Positions 48,437 to 57,531 of a DNA stretch of 64,000 nucleotides are shown piece after piece (the stretch's first letter is position 1; each line of letters opens with the position of its first letter). This DNA is from an uncultured bacterium. Lineage in GTDB: Bacteria > Omnitrophota > Omnitrophia > Omnitrophales > Aquincolibacteriaceae. The position numbers were made by a program, and so were the translations under genes. Below the pieces are notes generated by a model. That model did not search any database, was not told the origin of the DNA, and was given only the letters and a program-made list of their open reading frames with translations. The stretch is from contig CAZLTL010000011.1 of NCBI GenBank assembly GCA_964562525.1, positions 9,780 to 73,779 of the forward strand, in the 5' to 3' direction.

Positions 48437-49000
48437 ATGAAAAAAAACCTAAGACATTTTGCTCTGGGCTTGTTTTTGCTTTTCGCGGGTAGTTTTGTTT
48501 TCTCATCCGCGGCATCAGCGGCGGCGAAAGGGGAAACTTATTATACCCGCATGAATATTTGGTATGAACATCCCGAAAAAATCTACTCGACCAATTATCA
48601 CAAGGGCGCCATCCTGCCCGTAGGGACCGAGGTTGAAATCTTAAAAACCGGCAGTAAAATCAAATTCCGCGATAAGAAATCGGGAACAGAGTACCGACTT
48701 ATTTTGGTGGATGACTATACCGATATCAGCAAGGATGAGTTTTTTAACCGCTATTTTTCAAAGGACAGTATTTTAGATGGTTCCGAATACCGCGGCTTTT
48801 CGTCTATGGAAAAAGAAAACATTAAAAACGGCACGATCGCGAAAGGTATGAGTAAAGCCGCCGTGCTTGTCGCTTACGGCTATCCGCCTACGCATCGCAC
48901 GCCTTCGACTTCCGGTAATCTCTGGAAGTTTTGGACCAGCCGTCTTTTGACGGATGATGTGCACTTTGAAAATGACCGGGTCAGTAACATTGTCGAATAA
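48437..49000 (+). CDS. secreted protein with BamE(SmpA/OmlA)-like C-terminal domain (hypothetical)
   Basis: signal peptide; GMSKAAVLVAYGYPP...GNLWKFW resembles BamE; internal ATG of ORF 48395. Confidence 0.35.
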   Translation: MKKNLRHFALGLFLLFAGSFVFSSAASAAAKGETYYTRMNIWYEHPEKIYSTNYHKGAILPVGTEVEILKTGSKIKFRDKKSGTEYRLILVDDYTDISKDEFFNRYFSKDSILDGSEYRGFSSMEKENIKNGTIAKGMSKAAVLVAYGYPPTHRTPSTSGNLWKFWTSRLLTDDVHFENDRVSNIVE

Positions 49001-49018
49001 ATTTTTTAGACACAACGC

Positions 49019-49267
49019 ATGAGCGGGGAGCTTGATCCGATTATTCAGACTTTGGTCCGGGAAACGGAGATTATTTTCACCGGTCATTCGGTGAAAATAA
49101 CTCCGGACGCGCCTCTCGCGGCGCTCGGCTTCGATTCGATGAGCTTCGTGGAATTACTTGTGGCCGTTGAACGGCATTACGGCGTGAAACTCATGGAACT
49201 CGGTATGAGCCCGGAAGACTTAAAAAGCCTTGAAACGCTTGCCCGCCGTATCCATCAAGTGATTTAA
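49019..49267 (+). CDS. third carrier protein (ACP/PCP-like)
   Basis: 82 aa; LGFDSMSFVELLVAVE phosphopantetheine site. Confidence 0.6.
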   Translation: MSGELDPIIQTLVRETEIIFTGHSVKITPDAPLAALGFDSMSFVELLVAVERHYGVKLMELGMSPEDLKSLETLARRIHQVI

Positions 49268-49271
49268 GAGC

Positions 49272-50561
49272 ATGAAAATCACTTTGCCATCGTCAAATAC
49301 GAAACGCTATTTGACCGGAATGGATTGGATGATTCACGCGCTGGATTACTCGTCCCGGAAGAGGCTCGGATGCGGCACAGCGTTTCAAATTGTGATGCAA
49401 CTCAATTCAGATTTTCCTAGCGAAGAACTCAAAAAAAATTTAGCGGAGTACTTCGCGGGATTCCCATGTTTGACCGGAAAAGTCCGCCGTGACCTGAATC
49501 TCGCGCCGTATTGGATGCAGAATGATCCGGAACAAGCCTTCCAGCTAACATCGTGCCGCTGCTCGAATTCCGCCGAAGCTTACCGCCGCTTGGAAGCCGA
49601 GCTGAATCAGCCTGCCGGGAAAAAAGATTGTCCTGTGCGGGTGATTTGCGTTGAGCTGCCCCGGGGCAGTATGACCGGTTTTATTTTTGATCATCGTTTG
49701 TTTGACGCTCGCGGCGCCGAGAAGTTTTTGAACGGTTTTCAGGTGTTTTATTCCACGCGAGAAAAAGCTCTCGCCGGTCTTTCTCCCTCGCCGGCCCATC
49801 TGGACCGCTGGAGTGAAAAGTTTGCTGCGGGAAAAAAAGTTAACCGCGCGCGGATCGCTCAAGTAAAAGAAGCGCAAATTAAGCAGCTTAAGCATCCCGC
49901 ACCTAAGAAAGCTTTGAACCGATTTAAAACCAAAACTTTTAACGAGAGCGAAACCCGCGAAATTTTTGAACGCGCCGGCCCGTTTATGTTCTTGCCTTAT
50001 AGTTTGTCAGTCAGTATGGACGTCGTGAACACGCTTTTTTTACAAAGAGGCGAAAGCCGCGGCGATCTCGCGGTGTCGGTTACGCGTGATATGCGTCCGG
50101 CTTCGGGCGGAAATGCGTCTGAAATGTTTTTTAATCATCTCTCGTTTATGTTTTTCCGGGCTAAGAATGCCGATCTGGAAAACCCTGGATTACTTGAAAA
50201 AAGCCTGAAGGGCCAATTCTATGAACAGGTTAAAGAAAAAATGCCCGAGGCGCTGGCGGAAGCCAGTATGCTGATGCGGATTCTGCCTTTGGGGCTCATG
50301 GCGCGCGGTCTTGAGAAACGGACATATGCTCCGGCCTCATTTTCGTTTGCCTCACTCGGTGAAAGCGCTTATCAACAGGCGAACTTTATGGGGGCAGAAG
50401 TGGAAAGGCTGTTTCATATGCCGCGTATGCCGCTCTTGCCGGGCCTTGGAATTTTCTTTTCAGAATATAAGAAAAAACTGAGCGTTACGTTATCTTTCCT
50501 GGATCAGCTGATCAGCGAAGATGAAGCTGGCGCCATTTTGGAAAGGCTGGGCCGGCTGTGA
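49272..50561 (+). CDS. hypothetical ~430-aa protein, possible condensation/WS-DGAT-like HxxxD acyltransferase
   Basis: FIFDHRLFDARG (HxxxD-like) at ~aa 140; size matches C-domain superfamily; weak. Confidence 0.3.
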   Translation: MKITLPSSNTKRYLTGMDWMIHALDYSSRKRLGCGTAFQIVMQLNSDFPSEELKKNLAEYFAGFPCLTGKVRRDLNLAPYWMQNDPEQAFQLTSCRCSNSAEAYRRLEAELNQPAGKKDCPVRVICVELPRGSMTGFIFDHRLFDARGAEKFLNGFQVFYSTREKALAGLSPSPAHLDRWSEKFAAGKKVNRARIAQVKEAQIKQLKHPAPKKALNRFKTKTFNESETREIFERAGPFMFLPYSLSVSMDVVNTLFLQRGESRGDLAVSVTRDMRPASGGNASEMFFNHLSFMFFRAKNADLENPGLLEKSLKGQFYEQVKEKMPEALAEASMLMRILPLGLMARGLEKRTYAPASFSFASLGESAYQQANFMGAEVERLFHMPRMPLLPGLGIFFSEYKKKLSVTLSFLDQLISEDEAGAILERLGRL

Positions 50562-53167
50562 AGCCATTGCTCCAAGCATACGATGTGATGGTGGTCGGCG
50601 GTGGCTTTGCGGGTTTTGCCGCGGCAGTTCAAGCGGCGCGGCTTGGTTTGAAAACCCTTTTAGTCGAAAGCAAAGCGCAATGGGGCGGCGCGGCCTATGA
50701 AGGCCGACATTCCTTTTTATGCGGACTTTATCCGGGCGGGGACACTTCGGTCGAAATTCTCAACCCGGGAATTTCAAAAGAGGTCGCGGATTTATTAATT
50801 TCGCAGAAGCATGCCAAGACTGTAAAGACCGGTAAAATGACTATGCTGAAGTATGAAGCCGAATCGCTTCAGGAAGTATTCAACTCTCTTACGGAAAAAG
50901 AAAAAAATCTGCATGTGTTGTTTGAATCTCAAATCGAAGACGTGCATGCCGAGAACGGTCGCATCAAAAATGTCCGCATGCGTTATCAAAATCAAACCAG
51001 CGTAATGCCATGTCGGGCCATCATCGATTGCAGCGGAAACGGCGATGTCATCCGGATGAGCGGCGCGGCGTATGATTTGGCGCCTATCCACGAACGCCAA
51101 TTGGCCGCCTATGCCTGTCGTATTGACGGCGTAATAAATAAGGATCAAATCACCGATTTAAAAATTGCTTATCATTTAGCGCAGTCCGCGGGCCTTCCGA
51201 AGCATTTGCGCTTCAGTATTTGGATGGCGGGAGCAACAAGCAGCCAAGGCATTTTACGGGTCAGTGTTTTGCCCAGCGATGCTCCGTATGAAATTGAAAA
51301 TATCCGCAAACAGGCGGCACAGGTACATGAAGCATTGAAGGTGTCGATGACTGAATTTAAAAATTCCGTCATTTATCACTTCACGGACCAAATTGTCGAA
51401 CGCGAGGGGTTAAGAATGCGCGGTCTTTACGTTCTCACGAAAGATGATGTCCTAAACGCTCAAAAATTTGATGACGGTGCCGTAAAAAATGCCTGGCCGG
51501 TTGAATTTTGGCACCAAGCAAGCGGCCCGCGTTACGACTATCTTGAAGACGGGCAGTACTACGAGATTCCTTCGCGCTGCCTGCAGTCGAAAGACATTCC
51601 CAATTTATTTTGCGCGGGCCGCTGTATTTCGGCTGATGCAAAGGCTTTAGCTTCGGTTCGGGTTACGGGCACTTGTCTGGCCCTCGGGGAACAAGCGGCG
51701 CAGGAGGCTTTTACGTATTTAGCATCGGGTATTCCTTTGAACATTGTCGATATGATCCGTGAAGAAACGAAGAATCACCGTGTCCGCACGGCTCTCAGAG
51801 AGGGAACCCGGACCGTTTCGTACGCCGAGCTGATGCAGAAAACAGAGCAGCTTGCGGGCTTATTAAAAGATTTGCCGGTTAAAAAATATGCGCGTACCGG
51901 TCTTTTGGTGCGCGAGGGAATTGATTATGTGATTTTAAATTTAGCGGTATTGTCGCTCCAGGTGGTGATCGTGCCGGTGCCGCAGGCATCTTCAAAAGAT
52001 GAAATCGATCAAATTATCCGCGACATGAAATTGGATTTATTAATTTACGAAAAATCGCTTTATTCCGCAGAGGAAAATATTTCGGTCATAGGCGCGTTTG
52101 ATCAGCGGCCCCTGGAGGCTGTTTTTTTTAAAGCTGAAATGAAAGAACAAAATGAATTTGAATCTCTTAATCCCGCTTTTATCCGGTTTACTTCCGGCAC
52201 GACAGGACAGAGTAAAGGCGTGGTAATTTCACATGAATCAATCCGTGACCGGACGGAAGGCGCAGACCAAGCGTTAAAAATAACGCATAACGATACAGTG
52301 ATTTGGGTGCTTTCAATGGCGTATCATTTTATTGTGACCATTCTGCTTTTTTTGAGACGTGGGGCGGCAATCGTTTTATGCGAGCACGAAATTCCGAAGG
52401 GATTGATTGAAGGATTGAGACAGGGCGACGCGACTTTTATTTATGCGGCGCCTGTCCATTATGAAGCCATGGCAAACACTACGGAGATAAATCCCGCGCA
52501 TTATTCTCATGTTCGCATGGCGGTGTGCACAACCGCGCATTTGAGCCCTTCCGCCGCAGAAGCCTTTGCCGCTAAATTCGGATTTGAATTGAGCCCGGCG
52601 TATGGCGTGATTGAATTGGGCCTGCCATGCGTCAATGATTCCGGAATTGCCGAAAAACGCCGATCGGCAGGCCGAATTCTTTCCGGTTATGAGTGCCGCT
52701 TGGAAGGTACGGACAAAGAAGGAACCGGCATTGTTCAAATTAAGGGCGCCGGTTTCTTCGACGCATATTTTTCACCGTGGCAAACAAGAAACCAGGTGGT
52801 GCGTGACGGCTGGTTTGAAACCGGAGATCTCGGCCGCCTGGACAAGGATGGATTTCTATTTCTTTTAGGAAGGAATCAGCAGGTGATTAATTTTATGGGA
52901 ATGAAAATCTTTCCGCGTGAAATCGAAGAAGTACTGCAGCAGAACCCGCTAATTGAGCAGGCGTATGTTTATGGGGAAGACCATTCAGTTTACGGGCAAA
53001 TGCCCTGCGCGAAAATCGTATTAAAAACGGACCAAACAAATTTTAATGAAGATGAATTGCGTAAGTTTTGCTATGCCAATCTGCCTTCTTATAAAGTGCC
53101 CAAGAAATTCGAATGTGTTCAGGAATTAAAAAAAACAAAAAGCGGTAAAGTCAGACTGGACCAGTGA
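50558..53167 (+). CDS. didomain protein: N-terminal FAD-dependent oxidoreductase fused to C-terminal AMP-dependent synthetase/ligase
   Basis: DVMVVGGGFAGFAAAVQAARLG FAD motif and CSGNGDV; C-terminal FTSGTTGQSKGV adenylation motif plus GDLGRLDKDGF (A8-like). Confidence 0.65.
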   Translation: MKPLLQAYDVMVVGGGFAGFAAAVQAARLGLKTLLVESKAQWGGAAYEGRHSFLCGLYPGGDTSVEILNPGISKEVADLLISQKHAKTVKTGKMTMLKYEAESLQEVFNSLTEKEKNLHVLFESQIEDVHAENGRIKNVRMRYQNQTSVMPCRAIIDCSGNGDVIRMSGAAYDLAPIHERQLAAYACRIDGVINKDQITDLKIAYHLAQSAGLPKHLRFSIWMAGATSSQGILRVSVLPSDAPYEIENIRKQAAQVHEALKVSMTEFKNSVIYHFTDQIVEREGLRMRGLYVLTKDDVLNAQKFDDGAVKNAWPVEFWHQASGPRYDYLEDGQYYEIPSRCLQSKDIPNLFCAGRCISADAKALASVRVTGTCLALGEQAAQEAFTYLASGIPLNIVDMIREETKNHRVRTALREGTRTVSYAELMQKTEQLAGLLKDLPVKKYARTGLLVREGIDYVILNLAVLSLQVVIVPVPQASSKDEIDQIIRDMKLDLLIYEKSLYSAEENISVIGAFDQRPLEAVFFKAEMKEQNEFESLNPAFIRFTSGTTGQSKGVVISHESIRDRTEGADQALKITHNDTVIWVLSMAYHFIVTILLFLRRGAAIVLCEHEIPKGLIEGLRQGDATFIYAAPVHYEAMANTTEINPAHYSHVRMAVCTTAHLSPSAAEAFAAKFGFELSPAYGVIELGLPCVNDSGIAEKRRSAGRILSGYECRLEGTDKEGTGIVQIKGAGFFDAYFSPWQTRNQVVRDGWFETGDLGRLDKDGFLFLLGRNQQVINFMGMKIFPREIEEVLQQNPLIEQAYVYGEDHSVYGQMPCAKIVLKTDQTNFNEDELRKFCYANLPSYKVPKKFECVQELKKTKSGKVRLDQ

Positions 53168-53249
53168 AGAAAATTCAAGTTGGCGATTGAAAGAAAATGC
53201 TTATACTTCTGTTTCAGTCGGCATCCATTAATTACAGGCAGTTATAAAA

Positions 53250-54329
53250 ATGAACTTCTACGAGAAAGAAAAACATTCAGCCGCCGTGGCGAAATTCGAA
53301 GCCCAAAAAATCGCATTTGGGCCGTTTGCGTTTCAAGCGGCTATGGCTTTGCGGGATTTCGGGATCTTAAAGGCCGTGGAAAATCATGGCGCTGACGGTG
53401 TTGAAATCGGCACATTGGCTCAAGAGCTTGGCCTATCGCAGTATGGCGTCAAAATTTTAGCCGAAGCCGGTTTAGGAATAGGATTGCTTCTATGTAAAGA
53501 AAAAAAATATTCCCTGGCCAATACCGGTTTTTTCGTTTTGCATGATCCGATGACGCAGGTCAATATGGACTTTGTCCAAGATGTGAATTATCAGGGCTTT
53601 TTTCATCTGCAGGAAGCGATCAAAACGGGAAAGCCCGCGGGCCTTAAAGTTTTCGGAGATTGGCCCACCCTCTATCAAGCCTTGGCCTCATTTCCGCCGC
53701 GGGTTCAAAAAAGCTGGCTGGATTTTGATCACTTTTATTCTGATGCTGCGTTTAAAGAAGTGCTTCCAGTAGTTTTTAAAGACAAACCCAAAAAGTTATT
53801 GGACGTTGGTGGAAATACCGGTAAGTGGGCTTTGCAATGTGTCCAGTATGATGCTGATATTCAAGTCACGATCGCAGACTTACCGGGCCAATTACGCATG
53901 GCCGAAAGTAGTATTACCAAACAGGGGGTTGGCGAGCGTGTGGCTTATCATGCCATTGACTTACTCAACCCCAATGAAAAACTCCCTCGTGGACATCATG
54001 TGATCTGGATGAGTCAGTTTTTGGATTGTTTTTCACAAGAGCAGATCATTTCAATTCTCAAAAGGACTGCTGACATTATGGAAGCCGGAGATCAGCTTTA
54101 TATTCTTGAGACTTATTGGGATAGACAGAAATATGAGGCCGGCGCATTCTGCCTCCAGCAAACCTCGTTATATTTTGCTTGTATCGCTAACGGTAATAGT
54201 CAAATGTATCACTCGGATGATATGAAGGACTGCTTGGATGCCGCCGGCATGAAAGTCATCGAAGTCATTGATAATGTTGGCATTAGTCACACCTTGTTTA
54301 AATGTGTTAAAAAGGAGGACTCAAAATGA
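53250..54329 (+). CDS. class I SAM-dependent O-methyltransferase (with N-terminal dimerisation domain)
   Basis: LLDVGGNTGKWA motif I; 359 aa. Confidence 0.7.
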   Translation: MNFYEKEKHSAAVAKFEAQKIAFGPFAFQAAMALRDFGILKAVENHGADGVEIGTLAQELGLSQYGVKILAEAGLGIGLLLCKEKKYSLANTGFFVLHDPMTQVNMDFVQDVNYQGFFHLQEAIKTGKPAGLKVFGDWPTLYQALASFPPRVQKSWLDFDHFYSDAAFKEVLPVVFKDKPKKLLDVGGNTGKWALQCVQYDADIQVTIADLPGQLRMAESSITKQGVGERVAYHAIDLLNPNEKLPRGHHVIWMSQFLDCFSQEQIISILKRTADIMEAGDQLYILETYWDRQKYEAGAFCLQQTSLYFACIANGNSQMYHSDDMKDCLDAAGMKVIEVIDNVGISHTLFKCVKKEDSK

Positions 54330-54919
54330 AAAAAAGACACCTGTTGTTTGCGCTAGTTATGTTGAATTTGATGTCGGGATGTGTTGCGAATCAAACGTTG
54401 CCATACTCTTATCATGCAAGTGAGTATGGAGCACAAAAAATAATAAGTCCTGTTGATCTTTCTGTTAAAGATGAGCGTTCTTTTATATTGAGTGGAGATA
54501 AAGATCCGAGCTATGTGGGACATTTTCGTGGTGGATATGGAAATACCTGGGGCGTGAAAACCCAAGGCAAAATTCCTTTAGCCGAACAATTTCAAGGCGA
54601 CGTTCAAAAAGAATTGGAAATGCTTGGCGCAAGTGATCCGAACTCAGGGGTCCCAAAAAGTTTGCAAATTACAATTCTTGACTATAACTTTGACGCTTAT
54701 ATTAATGGCCGTTTTTGGTATAAATTTAAAGTTGAGGTTTACGGCGCACAAAAGAATTTATTAGAACAAGATGTAGTTGAGGGGGAGAAAGCTATTCCGG
54801 GGAGCTTTTGGGTTGGCCCCATTTTCGCTTTTAAAAGAGAAATACCCATGCTTCATGCGCAAATAATACGCAGTTTGGTTCGTGAAAATGAGAAGATTCT
54901 AAAGGCCTTGCAAGCGTAG
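54326..54919 (+). CDS. lipoprotein (hypothetical)
   Basis: lipobox LMSGC. Confidence 0.45.
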   Translation: MKKRHLLFALVMLNLMSGCVANQTLPYSYHASEYGAQKIISPVDLSVKDERSFILSGDKDPSYVGHFRGGYGNTWGVKTQGKIPLAEQFQGDVQKELEMLGASDPNSGVPKSLQITILDYNFDAYINGRFWYKFKVEVYGAQKNLLEQDVVEGEKAIPGSFWVGPIFAFKREIPMLHAQIIRSLVRENEKILKALQA

Positions 54920-54935
54920 TTGTTGAATTTTTAAA

Positions 54936-55430
54936 ATGGCACCCATGATCAAATTATACATTGTAGCTTTTGCGATAATATTACTGGGAGGGTGTTCCAC
55001 CGCGTCCCCGATTCAAAAAGTTAATATGAGTAAATCCGCATTTGATGATGCCTTATTATATAAGGGAAGAACCGCAATTATTAATGATGGGGTTTCAGAT
55101 CAAGATGCCTATAGAATTTATCACCGGGCAGCTACAGGATTTGTTTCTGTTGAATCTATTAGAAGAAGCGCTGTAAAACGAGCGAATGAGTTCTGTGGGG
55201 AAAAGGATCAGGTGATGCAGGTTTTAGAAGAGCGTACATCGGGCCCTTTTTTACCAGGTAATTGGCCGCGGATCGAACTTGTGTTTGTTTGTGCAGTAGA
55301 TCCTAATTCTTCTTATGATTCTAAAGGTGCAGATAAATATGCGCAATTGAGCAAATTAAAATCTTTGCTCGACAATGGAGTCATAACCGAGAAAGAATTT
55401 GTTGCAGAGAAAACCAAGCTATTGTCATGA
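54936..55430 (+). CDS. lipoprotein with C-terminal SHOCT-like motif
   Basis: lipobox LLGGCS; C-term LKSLLDNGVITEKEFVAEKTKLL. Confidence 0.45.
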   Translation: MAPMIKLYIVAFAIILLGGCSTASPIQKVNMSKSAFDDALLYKGRTAIINDGVSDQDAYRIYHRAATGFVSVESIRRSAVKRANEFCGEKDQVMQVLEERTSGPFLPGNWPRIELVFVCAVDPNSSYDSKGADKYAQLSKLKSLLDNGVITEKEFVAEKTKLLS

Positions 55431-56095
55431 GTGCAGGCGTCAACTTAGGCGAAGTGATGCAAACACAAAGGGGTTTCGTGCCTAAAAAAGAAGCTGAGAA
55501 TAATCAGAGTAGTAGATCTAAGTTGTTGTGTTTCCTGATCCTTGTAACAGCAATATTTCAAGCAAATTTATTTGCTGAATCAAAGCTTTATCAGTTGGAT
55601 GCTTCGCAGAGCAAACTTTTGTTTGAAGTTAGCTCAACACTCCATAATGTCCAGGGGCAGGCAAAATCTTTGACAGGCAAAGTGGATTTTGATCTGGGCA
55701 CCGGGACGGTGAATTTTCCGATGCAAATTGAAATTATGGTTAATTCTATGGACACAGGTAATTCGAGACGAGATAACGGTATGCGCAAGATGCTCCAGTC
55801 GGAGCAATATCCGGTTATTCGCTGGAGTGCCACCCAAATCGACTGTCGACCGGGCGCGGTGGCTAAAACAATGCTGTGTGATGCAGCGGGAATCTTGGAT
55901 ATTAGAAATATTAAACGTGAAAAGAAATTTCAAGTTTCACTTACTTTCCATGAAGGTCAGATTCATGCAAAAGGGGATCTGAGTATCGAGCGCAAGGACT
56001 TTGAATTGAAAACACCGTCTTTGCTTGGAATTGTGCGCGTGGGACAAGAAGTAAAAATAAAATTTGAAGCGATTTGGGTGTCGGAATCAGTTTGA
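55427..56095 (+). CDS. YceI-like polyisoprenoid/lipid-binding periplasmic protein
   Basis: signal peptide; SKLLFEVSSTLHNVQG region typical of YceI family. Confidence 0.55.
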   Translation: MSAGVNLGEVMQTQRGFVPKKEAENNQSSRSKLLCFLILVTAIFQANLFAESKLYQLDASQSKLLFEVSSTLHNVQGQAKSLTGKVDFDLGTGTVNFPMQIEIMVNSMDTGNSRRDNGMRKMLQSEQYPVIRWSATQIDCRPGAVAKTMLCDAAGILDIRNIKREKKFQVSLTFHEGQIHAKGDLSIERKDFELKTPSLLGIVRVGQEVKIKFEAIWVSESV

Positions 56096-56121
56096 GAATT
56101 ATAGTAAAGAAAGGAAATTCC

Positions 56122-56562
56122 ATGTTCAAGAGTTTAACCGTGACTTTAAGTTTGATGTTTATGCTGGTGTTTACGATGAGTGCATGCACTTCGATAAATG
56201 TGCGGCCTCTTGATGCTGCGGCTTATATGCAGCACGTGTGCATTGAAGATAATCCGAAAGTAATCGTGGAAGATTTTGTCAGCGTTGTTCGGGATGGTTT
56301 TACCCGCCACGGAATTTCCAGCGAGGTTTATTCTGGGGCGAAGCCAGCGAACTGTGAATATACTTTGACCTATAGTGCCTTGCGCTCCTGGGACGGTGTG
56401 CCGTATTTGTCAAAAGCAGAACTTCGTTTACAGAGAACTGGGCGAGAGGTTGCGGCGGCAGAATATCGTTTGAAAGGCGGGGGCGGATTTGCTCTAACCA
56501 AATATCAGGGTGTTAAAACCAAAATGGATCCTGTTATTGACGAATTGCTGAAGAATTATTAA
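56122..56562 (+). CDS. lipoprotein (hypothetical)
   Basis: lipobox TMSAC; internal ATG of ORF 56074. Confidence 0.4.
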   Translation: MFKSLTVTLSLMFMLVFTMSACTSINVRPLDAAAYMQHVCIEDNPKVIVEDFVSVVRDGFTRHGISSEVYSGAKPANCEYTLTYSALRSWDGVPYLSKAELRLQRTGREVAAAEYRLKGGGGFALTKYQGVKTKMDPVIDELLKNY

Positions 56563-56729
56563 AAAAAATGTTCGATGTAACCCGCGCAGTTTTTATTGTG
56601 TGCATTTTTAATCTTATTAAAATAGAGAGCGGGCACTGAATTATGCAAAGAGATATTTGGGCAAGATATCAACAATGATTCAGTCATTCTGACATGTCTG
56701 CTTTGCCATATATGTAGCAATTTAGCTGA

Positions 56730-56746
56730 GATCAGTTGTATCAATT
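56730..56746 (+). repeat. 17-nt motif GATCAGTTGTATCAATT (copy 1)
   Basis: second copy GATTAGTTGTATCAATT at 57022-57038. Confidence 0.5.
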
Positions 56747-56747
56747 C

Positions 56748-56834
56748 AAAGGCTGCAGGAATTGAAAAACAGTATTAGCAGTATTCTTTTCAGTTTTGAT
56801 TGGAATACGACATCTTGAGGGTGCGGAGCTTTAA
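56748..56834 (+). pseudogene. 3'-terminal fragment (approx. last 28 codons) of a paralog of the zinc-ribbon gene at 57160-57531
   Basis: ~75% nt identity to 57447-57531; translates ...FSVLIGIRHLEGAEL* versus ...LSVLIGLPHCEVTEL* in the intact copy. Confidence 0.45.
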
Positions 56835-57021
56835 TCGATTTTCATCGCTTTGATTTAGCATTGCTCATTTTTCAATCTTTAATTCAAATTAGTTTGAAGC
56901 CCTTTGTGTGAATTATTTTTAATTAGTTAAATCTGATTAAGAAAATCCTGCCTTGTTTTTTCTCTGCGAAACAAAACATTTATAAACATTTGCTGGTGCA
57001 TAGAGCGATCTATCATTAGTA

Positions 57022-57038
57022 GATTAGTTGTATCAATT
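57022..57038 (+). repeat. 17-nt motif GATTAGTTGTATCAATT (copy 2), 120 nt upstream of the zinc-ribbon gene
   Basis: see copy 1. Confidence 0.5.
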
Positions 57039-57159
57039 AATATCACTCAAAAAATAATGCAGGGTGTTCATCTATAAATTAAGAATTCATCAAGTACATT
57101 TCAAAGAGATAGATACGGGGGATGTTCATTCGAAAAAAGGAAAGGGGGGTGATGATTAA

Positions 57160-57531
57160 GTGAACGGTCTTAAAGAAAAAAGTCTGCCGAAAATCAATGA
57201 GCTTGATATGAAGTTTGAGTTTGGCGGGATTAAATGTCCTGAGCCCGGATGTCGGCAAACTCTTTTTGAGATAGAGAAGAGTTTTTTGGTTGTTGGGCCG
57301 GACATATCACTTTGCCGGAAATGCGGAAGCAAAACTTCGCTGCTGATGTATTCGTACAGCGAGACTGAACCGGGGAAATTGATTGTAAGATGGTATTGTT
57401 CGGCGTGTCGTGAGGAATTCGACCGCCACATTCCATCCATTCGAAAGTACTGCAAAGGCTGTAAAAAGTTTCAGCAGATATTTCTTTCGGTTTTGATCGG
57501 ACTTCCGCATTGTGAGGTTACGGAGCTTTAA
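57160..57531 (+). CDS. Cys-rich multi-zinc-ribbon protein (hypothetical)
   Basis: 123 aa; CPEPGC, CRKCG, CSAC, CKGC pairs; GTG start with G-rich SD. Confidence 0.45.
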   Translation: MNGLKEKSLPKINELDMKFEFGGIKCPEPGCRQTLFEIEKSFLVVGPDISLCRKCGSKTSLLMYSYSETEPGKLIVRWYCSACREEFDRHIPSIRKYCKGCKKFQQIFLSVLIGLPHCEVTEL

